Positions 1 to 8,042 of a stretch of DNA of 64,000 bases are shown one piece after another. A program made the translations under genes and the position numbers. Position 1 is the first letter of the stretch. Each line of letters begins with the position of its first letter. This DNA comes from an uncultured Bdellovibrionales bacterium (GTDB lineage: Bacteria > Patescibacteriota > Minisyncoccia > Moranbacterales > UBA1568): assembly GCA_964537075.1 (NCBI GenBank), contig CAZIBB010000001.1:19072-83071 (forward strand), in the 5' to 3' direction. The notes below the pieces were generated by a model. That model was not told the DNA's origin and ran no database searches. It saw only the letters and a list, made by a program, of their open reading frames with translations.

Positions 1-560
1 TGCCGAGGCCAACGGTCTTCCCAATATCGAAACCCAGTGCCGATGTATAATCACGAGCGAGAAAAAACGGTACGAGTGCCTCGGCTATCGACAGATGAAG
101 AGAATCGCCGAAGAAAAAACTGCTCGCATGAACGATGACCGCCACAATGACTGTGATCAGGAGAAAACGATACACATGAGGGATTGTCGCGGGAAGGAAA
201 AACTTGGCGATAAAACGGGAATTCATAAGGAGACCGAAGCAAACCACAATCGTAAGCATAATGAAAGCAAAAATACCGCTCGCCCGGCCGATATACCACA
301 TGAATTTCGTCGGATCACCGAGCAATCCCGGTTCCGACAGGGAAAGATTCGTCAGCTGGGAGCTGGCACTGTCAAGCGGATTTGTCCGAGCGAGCAGCTC
401 GGCACCATCAAAAATCCCGTCATTATCCGTATCCGCGACCGCGGGGTCGGTCATATACATAGTTTGCTCCGCCTCATCAGACAGGCCATCAAAATCAGAA
501 TCCCTGATCGCCCCCTGCGTCGGGAGAGCAGGAAAGACACCAAAAAAAACAATTGTCACG
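1..560 (-). CDS. Partial gene running off the window start: thrombospondin type-3 (DxDxDG) Ca-binding repeats followed by a polytopic membrane domain; start codon unresolved
   Basis: My minus-strand translation reads in frame with the upstream ORF after a TAG at 581-583: NIFFISVTIVFFGVFPALPTQGAIRDSDFDGLSDEAEQTMYMTDPAVADTDNDGIFDGAELL...FMWYIGRASGIFAFIMLTIVVCFGLL...LITVIVAVIVHASSFFFGD. It has two perfect DxDxDGxxDxxE motifs and several hydrophobic helices. There is no in-frame ATG before the first motif; candidate starts are GTG near 559 or ATG 460/454 (GGAG Shine-Dalgarno before 460). Confidence 0.45.
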
Positions 561-581
561 CTGATGAAAAAAAATATTCCT

Positions 582-1052
582 CTATTGTTCATATGAATCC
601 AGTATACCGTTGCCATTCAAATCCGTATCATCATGGTACGCGAAATCATCCTCATCATGATGTTTGTCGAAGATATTCGGCACGCCGTCCATATCGGTAT
701 CAGTGAAATATTCGCGTTGATCATGCGACGGATCCGGATCGATCGCATCGACGAGCAGATCCCCATCGCTATCGATGAGAAACTCCGGATCATTCACTCG
801 CCTGATTTCATAGGTAGTCACCTGTTGCGTGATGGTCTGCATGATGGTTTTCCCTGAAGAAGGATCCCTTTCATCCTCCTCATCTTCGTCATCTTCATCT
901 TCATCCTCTGCAAAAGCCACGAGCGAAAAAGAGAATGAGCCATTCGATGTCTTCTGTCCCTCAACCACCGCGACGATAAAGAGCGACGCTCCAAAAGCGA
1001 AGAGAACACTCAAGACAGAAATGTACGGGTGTTTCATACGATAAAAAATCAA
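582..1052 (-). CDS. Secreted acidic protein with thrombospondin type-3-like calcium-binding repeats
   Basis: 156 aa. N-terminal signal peptide (MKHPYISVLSVLFAFGASLFIVAV), an acidic run (EDEDEDDEDEEDERD), and DxDxDG motifs (DSDGDLLVDAID, DTDMDGVPN, DTDLNGNGILD). Confidence 0.55.
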   Translation of the reverse strand: MIFYRMKHPYISVLSVLFAFGASLFIVAVVEGQKTSNGSFSFSLVAFAEDEDEDDEDEEDERDPSSGKTIMQTITQQVTTYEIRRVNDPEFLIDSDGDLLVDAIDPDPSHDQREYFTDTDMDGVPNIFDKHHDEDDFAYHDDTDLNGNGILDSYEQ

Positions 1053-1438
1053 GATGTCTTCGTTGTCCTTGTCGATTTTGGCTTACTCGTCGCAACCGAA
1101 GTCTTCGGCAATTGCACCGTCACCGTCTTCGTAATCGGTACGCTCACACCTTTTTTATTCTCCTCGATCATGGCTGGCTGTTTCTGACGCAATGTATCGT
1201 ACTGAGACTTCGCCATATCCATAACATCCGAAAGCTCTGCCTTCTTCAATTCAACCGCCACGAAATATTCCTGGCGAAAACGTTCCAGGTCAGAGAGCGT
1301 CATCTGAACATCGGCCTGTGTCGCAGTCAAAACAGCGAGACGCTTCTTCTGCTCGGTCGCCAAAACTCCAAAATACGCCCCTCCGAGTATAAGGAGCTCA
1401 AGTAATACGAAAATAATCCTGTTTTTTAATTTCTCCAT
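1049..1438 (-). CDS. Hypothetical N-terminally membrane-anchored coiled-coil protein
   Basis: 129 aa, one N-terminal transmembrane helix then charged helical sequence. I recognise no family. Confidence 0.35.
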   Translation of the reverse strand: MEKLKNRIIFVLLELLILGGAYFGVLATEQKKRLAVLTATQADVQMTLSDLERFRQEYFVAVELKKAELSDVMDMAKSQYDTLRQKQPAMIEENKKGVSVPITKTVTVQLPKTSVATSKPKSTRTTKTS

Positions 1439-1499
1439 ACACGCATCCTCAGGTTTACAGATTCAATTATATCATTACGATACACATTTAAAAACAACG

Positions 1500-2762
1500 C
1501 TAATCTTTCCGCAAAGCCTCCATCGGGGAAAGTTTCGAGGCTGATACAGCCGGAGCGAGACCGAAGATGAGTCCGACAGCCATCGAGAATCCCGCGCCGA
1601 GAAAAAGCGATTGCGCCGTAAAGACGAGTTTGAGATCAAATCCAAATTTGGCAAAAATTAAAGTGAGTAAAAAAACTACCAATACTCCCAAGAGAATGCC
1701 AATAAGCCCGCCAATGCCAGTAATGATGATCGCCTCGGCAAGAAATTGCTGAAGAATCGATATCGACTTCGCACCGAGTGCCTTGCGCAAACCGATTTCA
1801 CTCGTTCGCTCTGACACCGATACATACATGACATTCATAATTCCCACTCCCCCGACCAAAAGCGATATCGAAGTCAGTGCCAATAAGAGAATCGTGATCG
1901 CCCCCAATACATCACCGAGAGTTTTCTGCGCCTCCTTCGTTGAGGTGACAGAAAAATCATCCTTATCCGGATCCTTGATATCATGTCGTTTCCGCATGAG
2001 GGCGACGATATCCGCTACCGTCTCCTGGTCACGCGTCCCATCCTTCATTTTCACGGAAATCATCTGCACATAATCGATGCCGAGAATTTTCGAGAGGAGT
2101 GTCTCGACGGGAATATAGGTCATCGCATCGAGATTGAAAAATGCCGCTGTTCCACGAGGGGCAATCACACCGATTACCCGATATTTCTCCCCTTTGATCG
2201 TGATCATTTCTCCGATGGCATCACTCTCGCCAAAGAAGGTTTCTTTCGTCTCCGATCCGAGCACGGCGACGCGCGCCAAACTCCGATCTTCTTCATCGGT
2301 GAAAAACCGACCAGATTCAAGCTTGATATTCTCATCCACGCTCTGCGCCGAGGCACTCGTTCCAAAGAGTAGAATACGCTTTCCAACCGATCCATAGGTC
2401 GCTCGCTCCTGTCCAATCGTTCCCGCATATACCGCTTCGACATTATTTATTTTTCGAATAGCATCGCTGTCCTTTACGGTAAGCGTCGTAATCTGCGTTC
2501 CCATCGATCTCCCCGAAGCATTTTCCGAAGACATTTTTCCGGTATTCGGAATTTTCACCTCCACCTGAATCAGTTCCGATCCAAAACTCTCCACCTGTCC
2601 GAGTACGAATCCCTTCACCCCTTCACCGAGCGATGTCACGACCACCACCGCGAACACACCTATCACTACTCCGAGCAACGCCAAAAATGTCCGCGCCCGA
2701 TGTGAACGAATCGTTCGAACCGCGAACATGATCGGCATAGAAAATTGTTTCATCTTATTCAT
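1500..2762 (-). CDS. ABC transporter permease, MacB/FtsX family
   Basis: 420 aa. N-terminal TM, periplasmic MacB_PCD-like domain, C-terminal FtsX-type 3-TM bundle. Operon with an ABC ATPase and an HlyD-type adaptor. Confidence 0.85.
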   Translation of the reverse strand: MNKMKQFSMPIMFAVRTIRSHRARTFLALLGVVIGVFAVVVVTSLGEGVKGFVLGQVESFGSELIQVEVKIPNTGKMSSENASGRSMGTQITTLTVKDSDAIRKINNVEAVYAGTIGQERATYGSVGKRILLFGTSASAQSVDENIKLESGRFFTDEEDRSLARVAVLGSETKETFFGESDAIGEMITIKGEKYRVIGVIAPRGTAAFFNLDAMTYIPVETLLSKILGIDYVQMISVKMKDGTRDQETVADIVALMRKRHDIKDPDKDDFSVTSTKEAQKTLGDVLGAITILLLALTSISLLVGGVGIMNVMYVSVSERTSEIGLRKALGAKSISILQQFLAEAIIITGIGGLIGILLGVLVVFLLTLIFAKFGFDLKLVFTAQSLFLGAGFSMAVGLIFGLAPAVSASKLSPMEALRKD

Positions 2763-3996
2763 ATCGCAGTGCTTCCATAGGGCTTACCTTCGACGCCTTA
2801 ATCGCAGGATAGAGACCGAATGCAAGGCCAATCACGAGTGACACGCCGAATCCGATCAGGACGGAGGAGAACGGTACGAGAAATTCCCAATCATAGCCGA
2901 GCTTTGGAATAATGATCGCCGCGATAAAAGAGAGAAAAATGCCAAAAAAAATACCGATAATTCCGCCGGTAACCGTGACGAAGGAAGACTCTATCAGAAA
3001 TTGAGTGATGATGTGGTGGGGTCTCGCGCCGACGGATTTCCGCAGACCAATTTCCCGCACGCGTTGCGATACCGAGATGAGCATAGAGTTCATAATGCCA
3101 ATTCCGCCGACGAGAAGCGAAATGGAGGCGATTGCGATCAGAAAATATTTCAATACATCTGTGATACTGGTCAACACACCGAGAGCGGCTGCGGTATTCC
3201 GTACTGAAAAATCCGCTTCCTCACCCTCTTCGATATCATGCCGATCCCGAAGGAGGCTCGTAATATCCTCCACGGTTCGATCCACATTATCCGGAGTATC
3301 GACCTTTCCTCGGGCAAAATTCAAATAATTGATTCCGAGTAAAAGCTTCTGCGCTGTCTCAAGCGGGACAAAAGCCAATACATCGGGATTTGAAAATGCA
3401 GTGGAACCCCGCTCTTCCAGCACGCCTACTACCCGAAAAGGCATATCCTTTACTTTCACCGTTTCCCCGATAGGGTTGCGATCAGGAAAAAGTTCTTTGG
3501 CACGGGTCGATCCAAGAACAATCACTCGAGAGAGATCACTCTCTTCTTCAGGAAAGAAAAAACGTCCGGAAGCGACATCGATCGATTCCACTTCGATCAT
3601 CTCCGGAGAGACCCCTTGAAAACTGACTTCGAATGATTCTCTCGGTGATTCTATCGTCGCTGATCCGGAAACATACCCTGATACCGCTACGAGATACGGG
3701 ACATTCTGCCTCTCACGTATGGCGTCGAGATCATCATTCATGAGTGTCGTCGTCACTACACCGAATGCGGCAGCCGGCGGACCATCCTCCTCCGAAGCAC
3801 CAGGAAGCACCCCCACGAGATTTGACCCCACCTTCTCAATCTGAGAAAGGATAAGTCTCTGCGCGCTCGCGCCGATGGCCATGACCATGATGACCGAAGC
3901 CACCCCGATCACGATCCCGAGCACCGTCAAGAGAAACCTTGTTTTCGAGGCGATGAGAGAACGATAAGATATTTTTATAGGATCACTGAGTTTCAT
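2755..3996 (-). CDS. ABC transporter permease, MacB/FtsX family (second copy)
   Basis: 413 aa with the same architecture as 1500..2762; the two genes overlap by 8 nt. Confidence 0.85.
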   Translation of the reverse strand: MKLSDPIKISYRSLIASKTRFLLTVLGIVIGVASVIMVMAIGASAQRLILSQIEKVGSNLVGVLPGASEEDGPPAAAFGVVTTTLMNDDLDAIRERQNVPYLVAVSGYVSGSATIESPRESFEVSFQGVSPEMIEVESIDVASGRFFFPEEESDLSRVIVLGSTRAKELFPDRNPIGETVKVKDMPFRVVGVLEERGSTAFSNPDVLAFVPLETAQKLLLGINYLNFARGKVDTPDNVDRTVEDITSLLRDRHDIEEGEEADFSVRNTAAALGVLTSITDVLKYFLIAIASISLLVGGIGIMNSMLISVSQRVREIGLRKSVGARPHHIITQFLIESSFVTVTGGIIGIFFGIFLSFIAAIIIPKLGYDWEFLVPFSSVLIGFGVSLVIGLAFGLYPAIKASKVSPMEALRYE

Positions 3997-4011
3997 AACA
4001 ACACATTACTC

Positions 4012-4051
4012 TTTTGGAGGCTAAACCTCCATGGAGGTTTAGCCTCCAAAA
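4012..4051. repeat. REP-like perfect palindrome TTTTGGAGGCTAAACCTCCATGGAGGTTTAGCCTCCAAAA flanking the transposase 3' end
   Basis: The 32-nt core GGAGGCTAAACCTCC-ATGG-AGGTTTAGCCTCC is its own reverse complement. It abuts the transposase stop codon at 4052-4054. Confidence 0.9.
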
Positions 4052-4711
4052 TTATTCCATCAACAAAGCTCTTTCAATCTGCTTTCTTTCTAAAATTCCA
4101 ATTAGGGAACTCTCTGAAAAATCTTTGTATTCCTCTTGACTGCGGAATTGTCCAAGTACAATATTTTTTTCACAATATTCGCGCTTTGTTTTTCCGATAT
4201 ATTCATTCCAACTTGAACGAGTAAGAATATCATCTTCATATCGATGCACACGAAAATTCAGATTTACATACGCACTCAAGTGCAATAAATATTCATTCGT
4301 TTCAATATGAATTGCCTTGAATGTTCCCTGGAACAGCGAGCCGCTTCGTGTATACTTTTTATTGAAATACATCGTGTATCCTGTACCAAATCGCTGCATA
4401 AACTTCTCCACCCCCTTATCTGAAACCTGCCTAAGAATAAAATGGAAATGATTCGGATTAATGCAGTATGCAATAACCTCAACCAACGGCTCTTCCTTTT
4501 CTTCATCCTTTATAACTACCTTTCCAAAACTTTTTTCATGAGATTTTTTTTCATAAATACTCCCTATAGGATTGAGTGTATTAAATTCAACCATGCTCTG
4601 CAGAAACCTCTCTGCATCAGTCACATCTTCTATAATCATTCTCTTTTCCACTCCACGATTATAAATATGATATACCTCCTCATTTGCAAATATCACTTTT
4701 CTCATAAGCAT
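4052..4711 (-). CDS. REP-associated tyrosine transposase (RAYT; Y1 HUH, IS200-like Y1_Tnp family)
   Basis: N-terminal YHIYNRG, HUH motif NPNHFHFIL, and a GSLFQGTFKAIHIE block comparable to the GxLWQxRYY region of Y1 transposases. The ORF track starts at 4756, inside the palindrome; the likely true start is M at 4711 or 4705 (MLMRKV...). Confidence 0.75.
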   Translation of the reverse strand: MLMRKVIFANEEVYHIYNRGVEKRMIIEDVTDAERFLQSMVEFNTLNPIGSIYEKKSHEKSFGKVVIKDEEKEEPLVEVIAYCINPNHFHFILRQVSDKGVEKFMQRFGTGYTMYFNKKYTRSGSLFQGTFKAIHIETNEYLLHLSAYVNLNFRVHRYEDDILTRSSWNEYIGKTKREYCEKNIVLGQFRSQEEYKDFSESSLIGILERKQIERALLME

Positions 4712-4719
4712 TGACGTTA

Positions 4720-4756
4720 TTTGGAGGCTAAACCTCCATGGAGGTTTAGCCTCCAC
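4720..4756. repeat. REP-like palindrome, second copy, flanking the transposase 5' end
   Basis: TTTGGAGGCTAAACCTCCATGGAGGTTTAGCCTCC, identical core to 4012..4051. Confidence 0.9.
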
Positions 4757-4764
4757 GATTTCAG

Positions 4765-5109
4765 CTACACCTTCGACAGGGAAAAAGCAGCTACGGACAA
4801 AATTCCGAGAATAATTCCTGCCAATTCAAGTAAAGAAAGTTTGTCTCCAAAAAAAGCATATCCGGCAATCGCCACGACGATCATATTAAAAAGAAGTATG
4901 GAATATGATGCCGCCGCAAAATCAACGAAGCGGAGTCGGTATCCATAAATCGAAAGTCCGACGACATAGAGAACGATTGCGAAATAATACCAAACAGCAT
5001 GCGTCTGAAAAAAATCTCCATTCTTTTCAGACCAATACTTCATCAAAAAATCACCAAGAGCAAGCAAAATACCAACAAACAAAAAAATCAATATATGCGA
5101 AAATGCCAT
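4765..5109 (-). CDS. Small 4-TM DMT-superfamily transporter (SMR/EamA/ArnE-like)
   Basis: 114 aa with four predicted TM helices, sitting between the ABC ATPase and the permeases. Confidence 0.5.
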   Translation of the reverse strand: MAFSHILIFLFVGILLALGDFLMKYWSEKNGDFFQTHAVWYYFAIVLYVVGLSIYGYRLRFVDFAAASYSILLFNMIVVAIAGYAFFGDKLSLLELAGIILGILSVAAFSLSKV

Positions 5110-5114
5110 AGTCT

Positions 5115-5837
5115 TTATTTCAAAAGTTCATTTTCATCACCTGCAAACCGTCGATTTATGACAAGTTCATCAGAAACGATTTTTCCATCAACCATACGGA
5201 GGATGCGCTTGGCATGCTCGGCGGTGAATGTCTCATGCGTCACGAGGATGATGGTTCGACCGGCGTCATTCAGTTGTTGGAGGATATGCATGACCTGGAG
5301 ACCTGATTTGGAATCGAGGTTGCCGGTCGGTTCGTCGGCAAAAATAATCTCAGGATTATTGACGAGCGCCCGAGCGATAGCAACTCGTTGCTTCTCGCCG
5401 CCCGAAAGCTGATTGGAAAAATACTGCGCGCGGTGAGACATATTGACCGCAACGAGCGCCGCATCCACCCGCGCCTTATTATTCTCCAGCATCTCATCAT
5501 CATACAGGAGCGGAAGCTCGACATTCTCGAATACCGTCGTTTTCGGGAGGAGATTGAATGCCTGAAACACAAAGCCGATTTTCTTATTTCGCAACACAGC
5601 TAATTCATCATCGTCAAATTCACTGATATTCTTCCCCTCGAGAAGATATTCCCCTCCCGTCGAACGATCAAGCAAACCCAAAATCTGCATCAGAGTAGAT
5701 TTCCCCGATCCCGATGGCCCCATGATCGAAATGAATTCCCCTCTCCCAACGGAAAAAGTCACCCCATCCAAGGCTCGCGTCTCAACGCCCTCATTGGCAT
5801 AGACTTTTTCCAAGTTTTTTATGGAGAGGAGAGACAT
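5115..5837 (-). CDS. ABC transporter ATP-binding protein (MacB-type ATPase)
   Basis: Walker [13 protein letters not shown] signature [15 protein letters not shown], Walker [13 protein letters not shown]. Likely start [12 protein letters not shown] at 5837; the ORF track extends to 5894. Confidence 0.9.
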   Translation of the reverse strand: MSLLSIKNLEKVYANEGVETRALDGVTFSVGRGEFISIMGPSGSGKSTLMQILGLLDRSTGGEYLLEGKNISEFDDDELAVLRNKKIGFVFQAFNLLPKTTVFENVELPLLYDDEMLENNKARVDAALVAVNMSHRAQYFSNQLSGGEKQRVAIARALVNNPEIIFADEPTGNLDSKSGLQVMHILQQLNDAGRTIILVTHETFTAEHAKRILRMVDGKIVSDELVINRRFAGDENELLK

Positions 5838-5975
5838 ACGAGGAAAACACAAAAAATCAAACCACAAAAATCCAGACAAAGCACAGATATACAAAACACA
5901 AACTATACAAGGCTCTCGATTTTTTGTTTGGCATTTTGTGTTCTGAGCTTTGTGCTTTCAAAAAAATTTATCTTA
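5838..5975. repeat. CA-rich/TG-rich long inverted repeat, copy 1, with conserved core TTTGTTTGGCATTTTGTGTTCTGAGCTTTGTGCTTT
   Basis: ACAAAGCACAGATATACAAAACACAAA is followed by its approximate reverse complement. It lies 5' of the ABC ATPase gene; the core is shared with 6973..7135 and 62411..62563. Confidence 0.7.
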
Positions 5976-6971
5976 TTAATTTTTTTGTTTTGCTCCGATA
6001 GTCACTTCATCCCCATCCTTGAGTCCAGATACGATCTCGATCACGCCTTCATCCCCTTCAAGACCGGTCGCTACTTCCATCTTTTCAAAATTATTTTCTC
6101 CACGCCGCACCTCGGCATAGGTGATGCCATCCTCTTTGAAAAGCGCGCGGAACGGTACGATCAGAACATTTTCCCGCTTAGCCGTCTCGATATCGATATT
6201 CGCCGTCATGCCCTCCTTGAGTCGGGTATCAGCATCACTCAAACGGAACTTCACCACATATGAGACCACACCCTGCAGCACCGTGGCTGCCGTATCGATA
6301 TCCGTCGCTTCCGCGGCGAATTTCTCGGAAGTCGAAAAGGCATCGAAGGTCACAATCGCCTTCATGCCGACCTTCACTTTCGCGATATCGGATTCCGGAA
6401 CCCGAGCCTCGATAATGAATTCCTGCGGTTTCGAGATGCGTGCCACTATTTTCCCTGCGGTGACCACCTCGCCCACGCGCGCATCCATCGAGACAACCTG
6501 GCCATCGATCGGGGCGTGGAGTATACCGTTTCGTATCTGAGTGATGAGTCCCGAAACGGCCTCTCTCGATTGTTCCGAGACGAGCTTCTTCGCCAGAATC
6601 GCCTCCGATGTCGAGGAGTGGGACTTTCGTACCGAAAGCTCGTTCGCCTCCGCGATACGCACCGCGAGGCGAGCTTCATTCAGCTGCGATTGGAGTATTG
6701 TCCGGTCGACTGACGCGAGAGGAGCGCCCACCGTGACCGTATCCCCTTCCTTCACATACACCTTATCGATCACGCCGAGACCCTGGAAGGAAAGATCTGA
6801 GTATGACACCGGTACGAGTTCTCCAGTCACGCTCACGGTCTCGATAATCTCCCCTTTCTTCACGGTCTCCGTCGGCACGATGACGACGTTCGTCTTGCTC
6901 CGATAATAGAAATACCCGCCGATAAGGACGATAACGAGAAAGACGATGATAATTTTCTTTTTAGTAAACAT
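5976..6971 (-). CDS. Efflux periplasmic adaptor / membrane fusion protein (HlyD/MacA family)
   Basis: 331 aa. N-terminal TM, biotinyl/lipoyl-like half-motifs, coiled-coil, beta-barrel. First gene of the efflux operon. Confidence 0.85.
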   Translation of the reverse strand: MFTKKKIIIVFLVIVLIGGYFYYRSKTNVVIVPTETVKKGEIIETVSVTGELVPVSYSDLSFQGLGVIDKVYVKEGDTVTVGAPLASVDRTILQSQLNEARLAVRIAEANELSVRKSHSSTSEAILAKKLVSEQSREAVSGLITQIRNGILHAPIDGQVVSMDARVGEVVTAGKIVARISKPQEFIIEARVPESDIAKVKVGMKAIVTFDAFSTSEKFAAEATDIDTAATVLQGVVSYVVKFRLSDADTRLKEGMTANIDIETAKRENVLIVPFRALFKEDGITYAEVRRGENNFEKMEVATGLEGDEGVIEIVSGLKDGDEVTIGAKQKN

Positions 6972-6972
6972 A

Positions 6973-7135
6973 GATTCGTATTAAAACACAATAATCAAAG
7001 CACAAAGACCAAACAAATCACAAAACACAGGAGCCAAAAAGCATCTTACACAAAGAGATTTGTTTGTGTTTTGAATTTTGTGTTTTGTTTGACATTTTGT
7101 GTTCTGGGTTTTGTGTTTTTTAAAACAAGTTTGAT
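6973..7135. repeat. CA/TG inverted repeat, copy 2 (core TGTTTTGTTTGACATTTTGTGTTCTGGGTTTTGTGTTTTTT)
   Basis: Same architecture as copy 1, 5' of the HlyD gene. Confidence 0.7.
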
Positions 7136-7548
7136 TGTTTCGCGGCTTCATCCATGGCGCGATTCGCCTCGGCATCGGCTATCGTATTCAGCTCCCGCCG
7201 CACATGAACGAAAGTCACTTCCTTGAAATCAAGCGAGAGATTCCACACCTCGAAAAAGTATGGCTGGAGCTTCTCATTTTCAATCTTATAGATATGATTC
7301 AATTGCCTCATGGCGAGCTCGCTATCCATCCGACACTCGATATCTACTTTCTTCGCCTTTTCCTTCCCAAGCAAGGCTTTTATTTTCTTCAACCCAAACA
7401 CGATTGCGGCATATTCCGCCTCATTGTTCGTTTTCGTTCCGAGAAATTCTCCAAATCGCTTATCCAGCGTCTCGATATATACCCCTAACGCGGACGGTCC
7501 AGGATTCCCCCGTGATCCGCCATCGCTATACATCACTATCTTTTCCAT
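7120..7548 (-). CDS. rnhA: Ribonuclease HI
   Basis: MEKIVMYSDGGSRGNPGPSALGV...NNEAEYAAIV...NTIADAEANRA match RNase H catalytic motifs. Likely start at 7548. Confidence 0.8.
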   Translation of the reverse strand: MEKIVMYSDGGSRGNPGPSALGVYIETLDKRFGEFLGTKTNNEAEYAAIVFGLKKIKALLGKEKAKKVDIECRMDSELAMRQLNHIYKIENEKLQPYFFEVWNLSLDFKEVTFVHVRRELNTIADAEANRAMDEAAKQSNLF

Positions 7549-7612
7549 AGAGACAGTATAACGTATATTTATGGAAAAGAAAAAGCCACCAAACATGTCG
7601 TTCGATGACCCT

Positions 7613-8017
7613 TTAAGCATACCCTCGTCGCAAGGCGATGTCATTCTCCGCCTCCGCGATATTATTCGCAGATATGACATCAACTATTTTTAATCTTCTC
7701 GATTGAGGTTCCGTAACCCAAGAAATACTCTTACGGTTGCGCAAATGAACAAATATCAGATACTCCGGCGGAATCTCACCTAGGGCAAGCCATGAACTAT
7801 TCCATGGTTCTTTCTCGGGATCGGGTTTCCTCATCTCCCTCGGCGCCTCAGGGGCGCATAAAGCTACATCAACGAAGCCCTCACTCTCCAGGGCAGTAAC
7901 GCGACCGATCCGCCAAGCAAACTGATAGTTTTTTCCGCTGAATATCCTCTTGAGAGATTCTCGGAAAATAACCCAGTCTCCCGGCTGCAATAAAGATTTT
8001 TTTGCCATTTTTATCAA
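7613..8017 (-). CDS. Hypothetical protein
   Basis: 134 aa, no recognisable motif. Confidence 0.35.
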   Translation of the reverse strand: MIKMAKKSLLQPGDWVIFRESLKRIFSGKNYQFAWRIGRVTALESEGFVDVALCAPEAPREMRKPDPEKEPWNSSWLALGEIPPEYLIFVHLRNRKSISWVTEPQSRRLKIVDVISANNIAEAENDIALRRGYA

Positions 8018-8042
8018 ATCCTTCCATGCTGTTGGGAAATAA

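Noticed and set aside
95-706. Plus-strand ORFs 95..706 and 204..596 at the window start
   Set aside because: They run antisense to the clearly coding minus-strand TSP3-repeat and membrane sequence and have no recognisable motifs; likely spurious.
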